NCBI GenBank assembly: GCA_016190825.1
Contig: JACPPV010000014.1
Location: 32,294-96,293 of the forward strand
Direction of reading: 5' to 3'
Origin: Chloroflexota bacterium
Lineage (GTDB): Bacteria; Chloroflexota; Dehalococcoidia; Dehalococcoidales; UBA2162
Length of the DNA stretch: 64,000 nucleotides
Below, one piece after another: positions 29,137 through 40,000 of this stretch; positions within the stretch are counted from its first letter, which is position 1, and each line of letters begins with the position of its first letter. A model generated the notes under the pieces. It saw nothing but the letters and a program-made list of their open reading frames with translations, was not told the DNA's origin and did no database searches. Position numbers and translations under genes: made by a program.

Positions 29137-30844
29137 CGTCTCCGAGAGGTCCCGCCTTATCTCCATCGCCAGGGGAGAAACCCCGGCTGACCTGGTCTTA
29201 GCCAACGCCAGGATTGTCAATGTTTTCAGTGGGGAGATCGAGACCGGTAACGTTGCCATCGGCGGAGGCAGGATAGCCGGTATCGGCGATTACCGGGAGG
29301 CGCAAGAAGTGCTGGACCTGGGCAGCCGCTACCTTGCGCCGGGCTTCATTGACGGCCATACCCACCTGGAAAGCTCGATGCTTGATGTGCCCCAGTATGC
29401 CCGCGCTGTGGTCCCTCATGGCACCACCGGGGTGGTTACCGACCTCCATGAGATTGCCAACGTCGCCGGCCTGACCGGGATGCGCTACGTAATGGACTTA
29501 GCCCGCCGCTTGCCTCTGGACGTCTTTCTCATGGCGCCCTCCTGCGTGCCGGCGACCCACCTCGAGACTTCCGGCGCCCGGTTGGGAGCGCGGGAACTGC
29601 AACAGGTCTTGCGCTGGCGCAGTTGTCTGGGACTGGGCGAAATGATGAATTTTCCCGGTGTGCTCGGTGGCGATCCTGTGGTGCTGGAAAAGATTGACCA
29701 GGCGCAGCGAATGGTTGTTGATGGCCACGCCCCCGGCCTTGGGGGGAGGGATTTGAACGCCTACGTTGCCGCCGGCATCGATTCTGACCACGAATCTGTT
29801 GCTCTGGCTGAGGCTGAAGAGAAGCTCCGCCGCGGGATGTATGTCATGGTTCGTGAGGGTTCATCGGAGAAGAACCTGGATGCCCTCCTGCCGCTGGTTA
29901 CCGATCGCACCTATCGAAGATGCCTCTTCGTTGTTGACGACCGCACCTGCGTCGACTTGCTGCTCGATGGTGATATTGATGCAGTGGTGCGCAAGACAAT
30001 CTCGCGGGGACTGGACCCGATAAGGGCGATCCAACTGGCGACGATCAATCCCGCCGGACGCTTTAAGATGAGCGGACTCGGAGCAATCGCGCCTGGTTAT
30101 TGGGCGAACCTGATAGTTTTCGATAATATCATCAGCCTCAGAGTGGATGAGGTCTTTTACCGTGGCAAGATGGTAGCACGGGGGGGACAGGGGCTTTTCC
30201 CTGTGCGAAAAGCGGGCGTGTCAGGTCTCACCGATACCGTGAAGGTCAAGCCTTTTCCGGTTGAGTCGCTGCAACTACGGCCGTCAATGGAAATGATGCC
30301 TGTCATCGAAATCGTCCCCGGCCAGATAATCACGCGAAAGAGGATGGAAAAAGTCCGGCTGGAAAATGGAGTCGTCGTTGCCGATGCTGAGCGGGACATC
30401 CTGAAGCTCGCCGTGGTGGAAAGGCACAGCGCTACAGGTAACATTGGCATAGGACTGGTCACTGGCTTCGGCCTGAAAAACGGTGCCCTGGCTTCGTCTA
30501 TTGCTCACGATTCGCACAATATCGTTGCCGTCGGCTGCAATGATAGAGATATCTATGCGGCGGTAAAGGAAATTGAACGGCTTCATGGCGGGCTGGTGGT
30601 CGCAGCCGGAGGTAAAGTCCTGACAAGCCTCCCTCTGCCCGTTGCCGGACTGCTTTCGCCCGAGCCCTTGGAAGACGTCGCCGGAAAGCTGGACCAACTG
30701 GAAAAGGCAGCCGCCGGGCTGGGGGTAAAGGTGCGGTCCCCTTTTTCCGTCCTTTCCTTTGTCGCCCTGCCGGTCATCCCGGAACTCAGGCTTACCGACC
30801 TGGGGCTGGTTGACGTCATGCAATTCAGTTTGATCAACTACTAA
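29105..30844 (+). CDS. ade: adenine deaminase
   Basis: About 579 aa. Amidohydrolase metal motif FIDGHTHLESS and adenine-deaminase-like length and sequence. Start uncertain (29066 or 29105), and it overlaps the hpt end. Confidence 0.85.
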   Translation: MSASWRGLKISVSERSRLISIARGETPADLVLANARIVNVFSGEIETGNVAIGGGRIAGIGDYREAQEVLDLGSRYLAPGFIDGHTHLESSMLDVPQYARAVVPHGTTGVVTDLHEIANVAGLTGMRYVMDLARRLPLDVFLMAPSCVPATHLETSGARLGARELQQVLRWRSCLGLGEMMNFPGVLGGDPVVLEKIDQAQRMVVDGHAPGLGGRDLNAYVAAGIDSDHESVALAEAEEKLRRGMYVMVREGSSEKNLDALLPLVTDRTYRRCLFVVDDRTCVDLLLDGDIDAVVRKTISRGLDPIRAIQLATINPAGRFKMSGLGAIAPGYWANLIVFDNIISLRVDEVFYRGKMVARGGQGLFPVRKAGVSGLTDTVKVKPFPVESLQLRPSMEMMPVIEIVPGQIITRKRMEKVRLENGVVVADAERDILKLAVVERHSATGNIGIGLVTGFGLKNGALASSIAHDSHNIVAVGCNDRDIYAAVKEIERLHGGLVVAAGGKVLTSLPLPVAGLLSPEPLEDVAGKLDQLEKAAAGLGVKVRSPFSVLSFVALPVIPELRLTDLGLVDVMQFSLINY

Positions 30845-30865
30845 TCTGGTCAGAAACGAGAAGCA

Positions 30866-31582
30866 TTGGAACTGGATCGGGCGCGCCCTCTCTTCAGCGA
30901 TAGATATGATGCCGGTAAGCAGCTTGCCGGGCAGCTTGGTGAATACAGGGGAAAATCGGCGTTGGTGCTGGCCATCCCCAACGGTGGCGTGCCGATTGGC
31001 CTCGAGGTGGCGCGGGCGCTCGATGCCGATCTTGATGTGGTGATAGTGCGCAAACTTCCTCTCCCCCTCAATCCTGAGGCCGGGTTTGGTGCGGTGGCCG
31101 ACGATGGCTCTGTCATCCTCAACGAGGAACTGGTCAGGAAGGCGAGTTTGACGGAGGAGCAGATCAGCGTCCAGGTTGATAAGGTCAGGCTTGATATCCG
31201 GCAGCGCAGCCTACTCTACCGCAAGGATAAGCCGCTTGCGCTGGCCAGGGGACGGACAGTGATTATTGTTGACGACGGCCTGGCTTCAGGCTTTACCATG
31301 AAGGCGGCGGTGGAATCGGTACGCCACAGGCAACCCGGCGAGGTTATCGTGGCGGTGCCAGTAGCCTCGGCCAGCGCCATGGAGCAGGTCAAGGCTGTGG
31401 CGGATAAAATAGTGGCCGTGGCTATCGGCACGATGCCGCGGTTCGCCGTCGCCAGCTTTTACCACCGCTGGCATGACCTCAACGACAAGGAAGTCGTCCG
31501 GTGCCTCGAAGAGTGGCGAACGGAGCGATTTTTCTCGGGTCCTCGGCAGCTTAAACCGCCGCCCCAGCGACGCCTGTGGTGA
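30866..31582 (+). CDS. phosphoribosyltransferase-family protein (COG1926-like)
   Basis: 238 aa with FSDRYDAGKQLA... and the PRT motif VIIVDDGLASGFTM. TTG start. Confidence 0.75.
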   Translation: MELDRARPLFSDRYDAGKQLAGQLGEYRGKSALVLAIPNGGVPIGLEVARALDADLDVVIVRKLPLPLNPEAGFGAVADDGSVILNEELVRKASLTEEQISVQVDKVRLDIRQRSLLYRKDKPLALARGRTVIIVDDGLASGFTMKAAVESVRHRQPGEVIVAVPVASASAMEQVKAVADKIVAVAIGTMPRFAVASFYHRWHDLNDKEVVRCLEEWRTERFFSGPRQLKPPPQRRLW

Positions 31583-31598
31583 AATGGTGAGGGTGATG

Positions 31599-32066
31599 CT
31601 ATGACAGCCGGGAAAGCAATATGACGGTGGCTTTGCCGGACGTGGTTACTTCGCCCTTGCCGTTTTCAACCCGGACCTCGCAGTCCAAGTAATGCGTGGC
31701 GTTTTCGGCGTGTTTGGCGGTGACCCTGCCCTTGCACCACCAGGTATCCCCTTGTTGCGGTTCGGTCAGTGTTTTCATCGGGCGCGGGAAATCTACCGCC
31801 CGGTACTGGCAAGAGAACTTTCTCAGTATCCCTTCCCCGCCAATCCAATCGGTCACTAGCTGGACCAGCCATTGCCGTTGCAGGGCGCCATGGATGATGA
31901 CTCCGGGCAGTCCCTGGGAGCGCGCGAAGGCCTCATCGTAATGAAGTGGCACGAAGTCCCCGGAAGCCCCCGCCCATCTCACCAGCATCTGAGTCGTGGC
32001 TACTTTTGCAAGAGGCGATATCTCGTCTCCCACTTCAACGTCCTCCCAGTAAATTTGATCAGCCAT
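31599..32066 (-). CDS. MaoC-like (R)-hydratase, hotdog fold
   Basis: Start at ATG 32066 (MADQIYWEDV). Contains GASGDFVPLHYDEAFARSQGLPGVIIHG, the hydratase motif. Confidence 0.8.
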   Translation of the reverse strand: MADQIYWEDVEVGDEISPLAKVATTQMLVRWAGASGDFVPLHYDEAFARSQGLPGVIIHGALQRQWLVQLVTDWIGGEGILRKFSCQYRAVDFPRPMKTLTEPQQGDTWWCKGRVTAKHAENATHYLDCEVRVENGKGEVTTSGKATVILLSRLS

Positions 32067-32070
32067 TTTT

Positions 32071-32559
32071 TTAGCTTGCCGGGTGGATCGTGGTATGTCG
32101 TTCCGTGGCGACCATCTCTCCGTCCTCACGGGTATATTTTGTCTCCCTGATCATAAAGACCGTTTTTCCTGTTTTGCCGCTGCGCTCAACAATGTTTTTC
32201 AGCGTTGTCTCAACTTTTAGCCTGTCTCCGGCGCGCACGGGGCTGAAAAACTCCCACTCGATCCCGCCGTCCAGGATGCGGCTGTAGCCAGCTTTAGCAA
32301 GGGCCGGTAACAACAGAAACCGGTCTTCTGGCTCGCCGCTTCTTTTCACCGGCCAGCCGAAAAAACCGGGAGGTGCGATGATTGAACCATGTCGAGATTC
32401 CCGGGCGTGCGCCTCGTCCCAGTAAAGCGGATTGGGGTCATCTACCGCCTCGGCAAAGCGAGCAATGGCGCCCTCTTCCACTTCGTATATGGTCGAAACA
32501 ATTACCTTGCCAATCAGGTCGGTGATTTCTTTCGGCAAAGGCAAGGGCGTGTCCTCCAC
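32071..32559 (-). CDS. MaoC_N-type hotdog protein, non-catalytic partner
   Basis: 162 aa with FAEAVDDPNPLYWDE. It lies 4 nt upstream of the MaoC gene. Confidence 0.7.
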   Translation of the reverse strand: MEDTPLPLPKEITDLIGKVIVSTIYEVEEGAIARFAEAVDDPNPLYWDEAHARESRHGSIIAPPGFFGWPVKRSGEPEDRFLLLPALAKAGYSRILDGGIEWEFFSPVRAGDRLKVETTLKNIVERSGKTGKTVFMIRETKYTREDGEMVATERHTTIHPAS

Positions 32560-32762
32560 GGTAGAATCTCTGGAATTTTATTATTCAGGCGGGGGGATGT
32601 CAAGCTGGCGCATATTGGACTCGTGGGAACGGAGCGCAAAAAGAGCGGCAGACCCCTCTCAAAATCAACTTCCGTTCTTCTGCGTCCCCCACACAGTGGC
32701 AGGGAAGTGGATAAATCAGGTATAATGAAAAACGTGTGGGGAGGAAACAGCCAATTCGGTAA

Positions 32763-33329
32763 ATGAAAGCCTTTTTACGTGATGTTCTGACGACATTCTT
32801 GCTGGCGGCGGTGGTCTACCTCGGACTCCGCGCTACCATCCAGGATTATATCATCCGGCAAAGCTCAATGGAGCCGTCCTTTCAGGAGGGGCAGCGCGTG
32901 CTGGTGAACAAGGTTGTTTATAAGCTTCGCGCTCCGGAGAGGGGTGATGTCATCATATTGCGGCCGCCCCTGTCCAGCAACTCCCGGGCCGTCCCTTTTA
33001 TTAAACGCATCGTCGCCCTGCCCGGCGAATCGGTGGCTATAAGGGGAGGTGGGGTCTATGTGAACGGTATCAGGCTGGATGAACCGTATATCAAGGAATC
33101 CCCCCTTTATACGTATTCTCTGGACAAGGTCCCGGATAACGAGTATTTCGTGCTTGGAGATAACCGTAACAACACCGATGATTCACACCGGGGATGGACC
33201 GTGCCACGCCAGGATATAATCGGCAAAGCCTGGATGACGATCTGGCCGCCCGAAAAATGGGGGATAGTGAGCAACTATGACCTTCCCATGCAAGTGAGCG
33301 GCAGGACCAACATGGTGCTTCAAAAATAA
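32763..33329 (+). CDS. lepB: signal peptidase I
   Basis: 188 aa with an N-terminal TM, the catalytic Ser box SSMEPSF, a Lys box (KRIVALPGE) and GDNRNNTDDSH. Confidence 0.92.
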   Translation: MKAFLRDVLTTFLLAAVVYLGLRATIQDYIIRQSSMEPSFQEGQRVLVNKVVYKLRAPERGDVIILRPPLSSNSRAVPFIKRIVALPGESVAIRGGGVYVNGIRLDEPYIKESPLYTYSLDKVPDNEYFVLGDNRNNTDDSHRGWTVPRQDIIGKAWMTIWPPEKWGIVSNYDLPMQVSGRTNMVLQK

Positions 33330-33346
33330 ACAGCGGCAGGAATCGA

Positions 33347-33913
33347 GTGAAAAAAGCTGAAGAGATATTTGAGCAATCCGGCGCAATATTGAAAGGTCAT
33401 TTCCTCCTTTCATCTGGCCTCCACTCCCCGGTCTACTGGGAGAAATTCCAGGTACTGCAATTCCCTCAGTTCACCGGGCAGCTTTGCGGTATGATCGCCG
33501 ACTATTTTCGCGGGCATAACGTCCAGATTGTGGCCGGACCGACTACGGGCGGCATTCTCCTCGCTTATGAGGTCGCCCGCTTGCTGGGTGTCCGTGGCAT
33601 ATTCGCCGAGAGGGAGGGGGCGCAGGGCCGGGTCTTCCGCCGGGGGTTCACCATAAGTCCGGGCGAGCGTGTCTTGGTGGTTGATGACATCCTTACCACT
33701 GGGGGCTCCGTGCGTGAGACTCTGGCGGCAGTGAGCAACAGGGGCGGCCACATTGTTGGCGTTGGCGTCCTGGTGGACCGCTCTGAAACGCCGGTTGATT
33801 TCGGCATCCCCCTGTTCAGTTGCCTGCGCAGCATTACGCCGGCCTACAAGCCCGATGGTTGTCCCCTTTGCGCGGCTGGCATGCCACTGGTCAAACCGGG
33901 CGGCGGTTCCTAA
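33347..33913 (+). CDS. pyrE: orotate phosphoribosyltransferase
   Basis: 188 aa with GHFLLSSGLHS and the PRT motif VLVVDDILTTGGS. Confidence 0.88.
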   Translation: MKKAEEIFEQSGAILKGHFLLSSGLHSPVYWEKFQVLQFPQFTGQLCGMIADYFRGHNVQIVAGPTTGGILLAYEVARLLGVRGIFAEREGAQGRVFRRGFTISPGERVLVVDDILTTGGSVRETLAAVSNRGGHIVGVGVLVDRSETPVDFGIPLFSCLRSITPAYKPDGCPLCAAGMPLVKPGGGS

Positions 33914-34086
33914 AACTCGAGGTCTGAAAAACGCCAGCCGTGCAGGCCGGCTTCTTGGACTTGTGCACAAGCCAATTTTCGTCCTAAAGGTGGATTGCGC
34001 TTTCCCGCCGAATGGCGTATAAATATAGGGGTTTTCCCTGCATTCGGAAAGTAATTGAAAAACGAGCGATCTGTGGACATGCGTTC

Positions 34087-35139
34087 ATGAAAACAGGGGT
34101 CCTCTCCAAATACCGGGAGTTCTTGCCAGTTACGCCTGATACTCCTCTGTTCACACTCGGCGAAGGAGACACGCCCTTGGTCCGCTCCAGCCAGCTGGAG
34201 GCAGAGATCGGCTGCGGCGAGCTTTACTTTAAGCTGGAAGGATGCAATCCTACCGGCTCATTCAAGGACCGCGGCATGGTGGTCGCCGTTGCCAAGGCCG
34301 TTGAATCAGGTAGCAAAGCTATTATCTGCGCTTCGACCGGCAATACCAGCGCCTCTGCTGCCGCCTACGCTGCCCCCTGCCGGTTGACAGCATTCATCAT
34401 CGTCCCGAAGGGAAATATTGCCCAGGGCAAGTTGGCGCAGGCTATCATCTACGGGGCGAAGATAATCGCCCTTGATGGCAACTTCGACCAGGCCCTGACA
34501 ATCGTCCGCAGCCTGATTGAAGAACACCCGGTTACACTGGTGAACTCAGTCAATCCCCATCGCATCGAAGGGCAGAAGACCGCTGCTTTCGAGATTATCG
34601 ATGAACTGGGTGATGCGCCCGATTATCTTTTCATCCCGGTGGGAAATGCTGGCAATATCACTGCCTACTGGAAGGGCTTTGTCGAGTTTTATCAGAATGG
34701 TCGTGCTCAGACAAGACCGCGGATGATGGGCTTCCAGGCGGAAGGTGCGGCGCCGATTGTCCGTGGGCAAGTTGTGAAGGAGCCGAAGACGATTGCCACT
34801 GCCATACGTATCGGCAACCCGGCAAGCTGGCAGAAAGCCATTGTTGCCCGGGATGAATCGGGCGGAACCATTGATATGGTGAGTGACCAGGAGATTCTTG
34901 CCGCCCACAGGTTGATGGCAAACAGGGCTGGAATTTTTGGAGAGCCGGCCTCGGCTGCTCCTCTTGCGGGACTGCTCAAGCTGAAGAAAAGAGGGACGGA
35001 TTTTTCCGGCAAGCGCATCGTCTGCGTGGTCACTGGTAATGGTCTGAAAGATACCGATATCGTCCTGAAACATGCTGAGCCATTCCTTGAGCTGCCTGCC
35101 GACCTGGCTGCAGTGGAACGGGCGCTGGGATGGGACTAA
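34087..35139 (+). CDS. thrC: threonine synthase
   Basis: Start at ATG 34087 (MKTGVLSKYREFLPVT). PLP-lysine motif NPTGSFKDRGM and an STGNTSAS loop. Confidence 0.9.
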   Translation: MKTGVLSKYREFLPVTPDTPLFTLGEGDTPLVRSSQLEAEIGCGELYFKLEGCNPTGSFKDRGMVVAVAKAVESGSKAIICASTGNTSASAAAYAAPCRLTAFIIVPKGNIAQGKLAQAIIYGAKIIALDGNFDQALTIVRSLIEEHPVTLVNSVNPHRIEGQKTAAFEIIDELGDAPDYLFIPVGNAGNITAYWKGFVEFYQNGRAQTRPRMMGFQAEGAAPIVRGQVVKEPKTIATAIRIGNPASWQKAIVARDESGGTIDMVSDQEILAAHRLMANRAGIFGEPASAAPLAGLLKLKKRGTDFSGKRIVCVVTGNGLKDTDIVLKHAEPFLELPADLAAVERALGWD

Positions 35140-35160
35140 TCGAAAAGGATTCGGTATTCT

Positions 35161-35261
35161 GTCATTGGAGCGTTAGCGAAGCAATCCGTGCCCCAGCGAT
35201 TGTGGCGGATTGCTTCGGGCGAAGTTTACACTGAACGAAGCGAACGTGCCCTCGCAATGAC
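35161..35261. repeat. family-B composite palindromic repeat
   Basis: GTCATTGGAGCG..AGCGAAGCAATCCG / CGGATTGCTTCG ... GAAGCGAACGTGCCCTCGCAATGAC. Confidence 0.65.
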
Positions 35262-35299
35262 GATATGTTTTGGTGTGTGCCAGATTCGGAGAAAAAGGA

Positions 35300-35866
35300 A
35301 TGATTGACGAAGAAGCGATAAAAAAGGCGATGGCCTCAATCATCAAGGCGATCGGGGAAGACCCGGCAAGAGAGGGGTTGGTTGACACCCCGAGGCGCGT
35401 TGCCGAAATGTACTCTGAGCTCTTCATGGGAATCAATATCGACCCTGCCGGGGAGCTCACAATGGGTTTTGAGGAAGGGCACCGGGAGATGGTCATTATC
35501 CGGGACATTCCCTTTTACTCGATGTGCGAGCATCATCTGCTGCCATTTTACGGTGTTACCCATATTGGCTACATTCCTAATGAAAGTGGACGGGTAGTAG
35601 GCGCCGGCCAGCTTGCCCGGGTGGTTGAGGTGGTTGCCCGGCGCCCCCAGCTTCAAGAAAGAATGACTACCCAGATTGCCGACGCTATCAGCCAGGGCAT
35701 AAAACCTGACGGGGTCGGGGTGGTCATCCAGGCGGAGCATTTGTGCGTGATCATGCGGGGGATAAAGAAGCCTGGCAGCGCAATTGTAACTTCGGCGGTG
35801 AGGGGCACCTTTCGCACCCGTTCCAAGACCAGGGCAGAGTTCTTCTCCCTGCTGCAGAACAAGTAG
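35300..35866 (+). CDS. folE: GTP cyclohydrolase I
   Basis: Start at ATG 35300. Contains REGLVDTPRRVAEMY and the zinc motif SMCEHHLLPF. Confidence 0.92.
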   Translation: MIDEEAIKKAMASIIKAIGEDPAREGLVDTPRRVAEMYSELFMGINIDPAGELTMGFEEGHREMVIIRDIPFYSMCEHHLLPFYGVTHIGYIPNESGRVVGAGQLARVVEVVARRPQLQERMTTQIADAISQGIKPDGVGVVIQAEHLCVIMRGIKKPGSAIVTSAVRGTFRTRSKTRAEFFSLLQNK

Positions 35867-35913
35867 GAGCCTATCGATTTGCGAGTTTGTATCCAGAAGG
35901 TTCACTCAAGGTT

Positions 35914-35948
35914 GTTATTGCGAAGGTACGCAGTGACCGTGGCAATCC
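35914..35948. repeat. family-B repeat copy
   Basis: GTTATTGCGAAGGTACGCAGTGACCGTGGCAATCC. Confidence 0.6.
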
Positions 35949-36032
35949 TTATGAAATGGCCATGCGTGGTTTACCCTGAGCAAGCGATGGGCTCGCCTTG
36001 ACAGGCGAGTCTGCGGGAAATCAATTTCCGTT

Positions 36033-36854
36033 CTAATAACCCGAAGTATCTATCTCATCCCACAAAATGTCATCCAGCTCAAAAACCGGCCCGTCCGTGC
36101 AGGCCTCTTTCACGCCGTTTTTCGTCTTGACGGTGCATCCGTAGCAAATGCCCCGCCCACACCCCATGACCATCTCCAGCGACACCTGGGTTGGCTTGTC
36201 TTTGAGCAGGTCATTCCTCAGACGGTGCATGTCTTTATACATCGCCATCGGCCCGCAGGCAAAGACCTGGTCAGCCTCGCCGATAAATTCGGGAATGAGG
36301 TCGGTGACCCTGCCCTTTCTCCCCGAACTACCTTCTTCGGTGGCGATGGCAAGTTTTACTTTCGGCGGCAGGAGATTCCTGGGATAAAGCTGGGACGTGG
36401 CGGCCGCCCCCAGAAGCAGCGTCGCGGAGCATCTTTCCCTGACGGCCTGTTGCGCCAAGAAGATGAGTGGGGCAACCCCGACGCCCCCGGCAACCAGCAG
36501 CAGGTTTTTTGAAGCGGAATTGATGGAAAAACCGTTACCCAGCGGGCCGAAAAGCTCAAGCGTCTCATGCTGCTGACGGCGTGAAAGCCAGGGAGTGCCC
36601 TTTCCACCTTCGAGGACGGCATAGAAAAGCCCGATGTCCTCATTTCTCACCCGGTGGATACTGAAGGGGCGTGGCAGGATTCCCACTTCGTCGGGACAGC
36701 GCACCATAACGAACTGCCCCGGCTTTGCCTCAGCAGCTATTTCCGGGCAGTGCAATCGCATGAGATGGCTGCCCAGTATCGCCCGACCGTTTGGGCGAGC
36801 CATGTCCGGCAGAATCCGGTTATTTGAAACAACGTAGGCTTTAACCTGCTTCAA
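36033..36854 (-). CDS. pyrK: dihydroorotate dehydrogenase electron-transfer subunit
   Basis: 273 aa. Ferredoxin-reductase-type FAD/NAD domain (RPFSIH, LLVAGGVGVAP) and a C-terminal 2Fe-2S Cys cluster (CGRGICYGCTV...C). Confidence 0.85.
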   Translation of the reverse strand: MKQVKAYVVSNNRILPDMARPNGRAILGSHLMRLHCPEIAAEAKPGQFVMVRCPDEVGILPRPFSIHRVRNEDIGLFYAVLEGGKGTPWLSRRQQHETLELFGPLGNGFSINSASKNLLLVAGGVGVAPLIFLAQQAVRERCSATLLLGAAATSQLYPRNLLPPKVKLAIATEEGSSGRKGRVTDLIPEFIGEADQVFACGPMAMYKDMHRLRNDLLKDKPTQVSLEMVMGCGRGICYGCTVKTKNGVKEACTDGPVFELDDILWDEIDTSGY

Positions 36855-36895
36855 CTAGATCTCCAAGACAACATGACATAAGGACAATCAAGTAA

Positions 36896-36997
36896 CCCGT
36901 TCGCCCCGGTATCGGGTACGGGGCAAGCTCTGAGCTTGTCGAAGGGCGCAGCCAATAATTAGTGCCGTTGTGGTTCGACAAGCTCACCACGAACGGT
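36896..36997. repeat. family-D palindromic intergenic repeat (GAGCTTGTCGAA / TTCGACAAGCTC type)
   Basis: CCCCGGTATCGGGTACGGGG, plus the inverted pair GAGCTTGTCGAA (36932..36943) and TTCGACAAGCTC (36974..36985), followed by CACCACGAACGG. Confidence 0.6.
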
Positions 36998-37039
36998 TTA
37001 GAGAGTTGTTTCCTCCTTCCAACTCGTGTTTGGTTATTG

Positions 37040-40000
37040 TCACTTGTTACTTGTTACTTTTCCCCGGTATTCCGGTAGCGGCTGGATATTGTATGCTTGG
37101 CGGCCGTTGACCAGCGCCTCGGCGGCGGCGCGAAGCGTATCCAGCGAAGTGTAGCAGGGGATCCGTTTTTCCACCGCCGCCCGCCGGATGTAAAAACCGT
37201 CCCGGAAGGGACCACTGCCGCCGGTCATGGTATTGACCACGCCGTTAACCGTGCCATCGTTGATAACATCGATGACGTTAGGATGTCCCTCGGTTAGCTT
37301 CTTGGTAATCATCGTTACCGGTAGTTTGGCGGCTTCGATCATTGTCGCCGTACCCTCGGTTGCGTAGAGCGCATAACCTATGGAGGCAAAACTCCGGATT
37401 ATCGGCAGCGCCTCCGGCTTGTCCCGATCGGCGATGCTGAAAAGGATTGAGCCCTGCGGCGGCAGCATCAGCCCGGCGGCAAGCAGCGCTTTGGTCATGG
37501 CGGCGCCGAAGGTGTAGTCGATGCCCATTACCTCGCCGGTGGATTTCATCTCCGGGCCGAGGTAGGTATCAACACCCATCAGCTTCTGCATAGAGAAAAC
37601 AGGCGCCTTGATACCGACGAGTTTCTGTTTAGTGTGGAGTCCCGTTGAATAACCCTGTGACTTGAGGCTATTCCCCAGCATAACCTTGGTTGCCAGCTTG
37701 ACCATGGGTACGCCGGTTACCTTGGAGATAAAAGGAATGGTGCGGCTTGCACGCGGGTTCACCTCCAGGACGTAGACCTGCGAACCAGCGGGACCGCGCA
37801 TTATATCAAATTGAACGTTCATCAGACCCTTTAGCTTGATTTCCAGCCCGATGCGGACGGTATAATCGACAATCGTCTCCACTTCCTCTTCCGTCAGCCC
37901 GACGCCTGGGTAGACGGCCATGGAATCGCCGCTGTGCACTCCGGCGCGCTCGATGTGCTCCATGATGCCGGGGATGAAGACAGCCTCCCCGTCTCCTACG
38001 GCGTCAACCTCGCACTCCTTGCCTTCGAGGTATTTGTCTATCAGCACCGGATGCCTGGTATCCAACTCTATCGCCAGGCTGATATAGTGGACAAGCTCGG
38101 AGGCGTCATGGACAATTTCCATCGCCCGCCCGCCGAGTACGTAGCTTGGGCGGACGAGCACCGGATAGCCGATGTGCTTGGCAACGTTGAGCGCCTCGTC
38201 GATAGTGGTGACGCCTGAGCCGGGTGGCTGGGGAACGCCGAGGCGGCTGAGGAAATTCTCAAAACGGCCGCGGTCGCTGGCAAGGTCGATGGCATCAGCG
38301 CTGGAGCCGATGATAGGCATACCGGCGCGGGAAATCGGCTGGGAAAGATTTATTGCCGTTTGGCCCCCGAACTGGACGATGGACGGCGGCGCACTTCCCG
38401 CCCCATTCCCATTTTGACTGCCTTCGTTTTCTAAAATGTCCCGCAGGCTTTCCTCATCCAGTGCTTCGAAATAAAGGCGGTCGCTGGTATCAAAGTCGGT
38501 GGACACCGTTTCCGGGTTGGAGTTGATCATGATGCTTTTGTAGCCGGCCTCCTGCAACGCCCGGGCGGAATGCACGCTGCAATAATCGAACTCAATACCC
38601 TGGCCGATGCGTATCGGCCCGCTGCCGATGACCACCGCCTTGTTCCCTTCAATCGGCTCAGCCTCATTTTCCTGCTCGTAGGTGCTGTAGAAGTAAGGCG
38701 TGGCGGCATCGAACTCCGCGGCGCAGGTATCCACCATCTTGTAGCTGGGGCGGATAGTCCATTCCCGGCGTAGCTCCCTGACCTGCTGCGGAAGCCTGTC
38801 AGCCAGCGTGCCTATCTGCTCATCGGAGAAGCCGAGTCGCTTCGCATGGCGCAATAGGTCGGGCGTAAGCGGTTGGGAAAGCAGTTGCTTTTCCATGTTG
38901 ACGATGTTCTGCAATTTGGTGATGAACCAGAGGTCAATCCGTGTGCGGTCTATGATCTTCTGCGCGCTGACGCCGCGGCGGAGGGCGGCCATTATTGCCC
39001 ACAATCTGATGTCGCTCGGTTCAAGAGGGAAGGAACTGCCCCCCGCCCCGGCTTCCCATGTCGGGTCTTCCCACAGGAGAGATTTTTTGCCGAATTCCAG
39101 CGAGCGCACCGCTTTTTGTAGAGCAGCCTCAAAGGTTCGGTCGATTGCCATAACCTCGCCGGTGGCTTTCATCTGGGTGCCGATGATGCGGTCTCCCGAG
39201 GCGAACTTGTCAAAGGGCCAGCGCGGAATTTTCACGACCACATAGTCGAGCGCGGGTTCAAAGGAAGCCATCGTCTTGCCGGTAACGGCGTTAGGTATTT
39301 CGTCAAGACGCTTCCCCAGGGCGATCTTGGCGGCGACACGGGCGATGGGGTAGCCGGTGGCTTTGCTGGCGAGGGCGGAGCTACGGCTTACCCGGGGATT
39401 GACCTCGATGACGAAGTATTGCTCGCTTTTTGGATCGAGAGCGAATTGGACGTTGCAGCCGCCCTCGATGCCCAGCGCCCGGATAATCTTCAGGCTGGAA
39501 GTTCTGAGCATCTGGTATTCTTTGTTGGTCAGTGTCTGGCTGGGGGCGACGACGATACTGTCTCCGGTGTGGATGCCCATCGGATCGATATTCTCCATGT
39601 TGCAGACGGTGATGCAATTATTGGCGCCGTCACGCATGACTTCGTACTCAATTTCTTTCCATCCTGCTACCGACCGTTCCACGAGCACCTGGCGGGTTGG
39701 GCTTGCGGCAAGTCCACCGGTCACGACCGCTTCAAGCTCTTCCCAGGTGTGCGCCATTCCCCCGCCTGTTCCCCCCAGGGTGAAGGAGGGGCGGATGATT
39801 ACCGGCAGGCCTATCTGCCGGGTTATCTGGATTGCCTCATCCAGGCTGGTGACAGTGGCGCTGGGGGGGACCGGCTCGCCAATGCTGACGAGGAGCCGCT
39901 TGAAAAGCTCGCGGTCCTCGGCTTTTCGGATAGTGTCGATTGGCGTGCCCAGGGCGCGCACATTGTATTTTTCCAGCACGCCGGCGTCGGCAAGCTCCAC

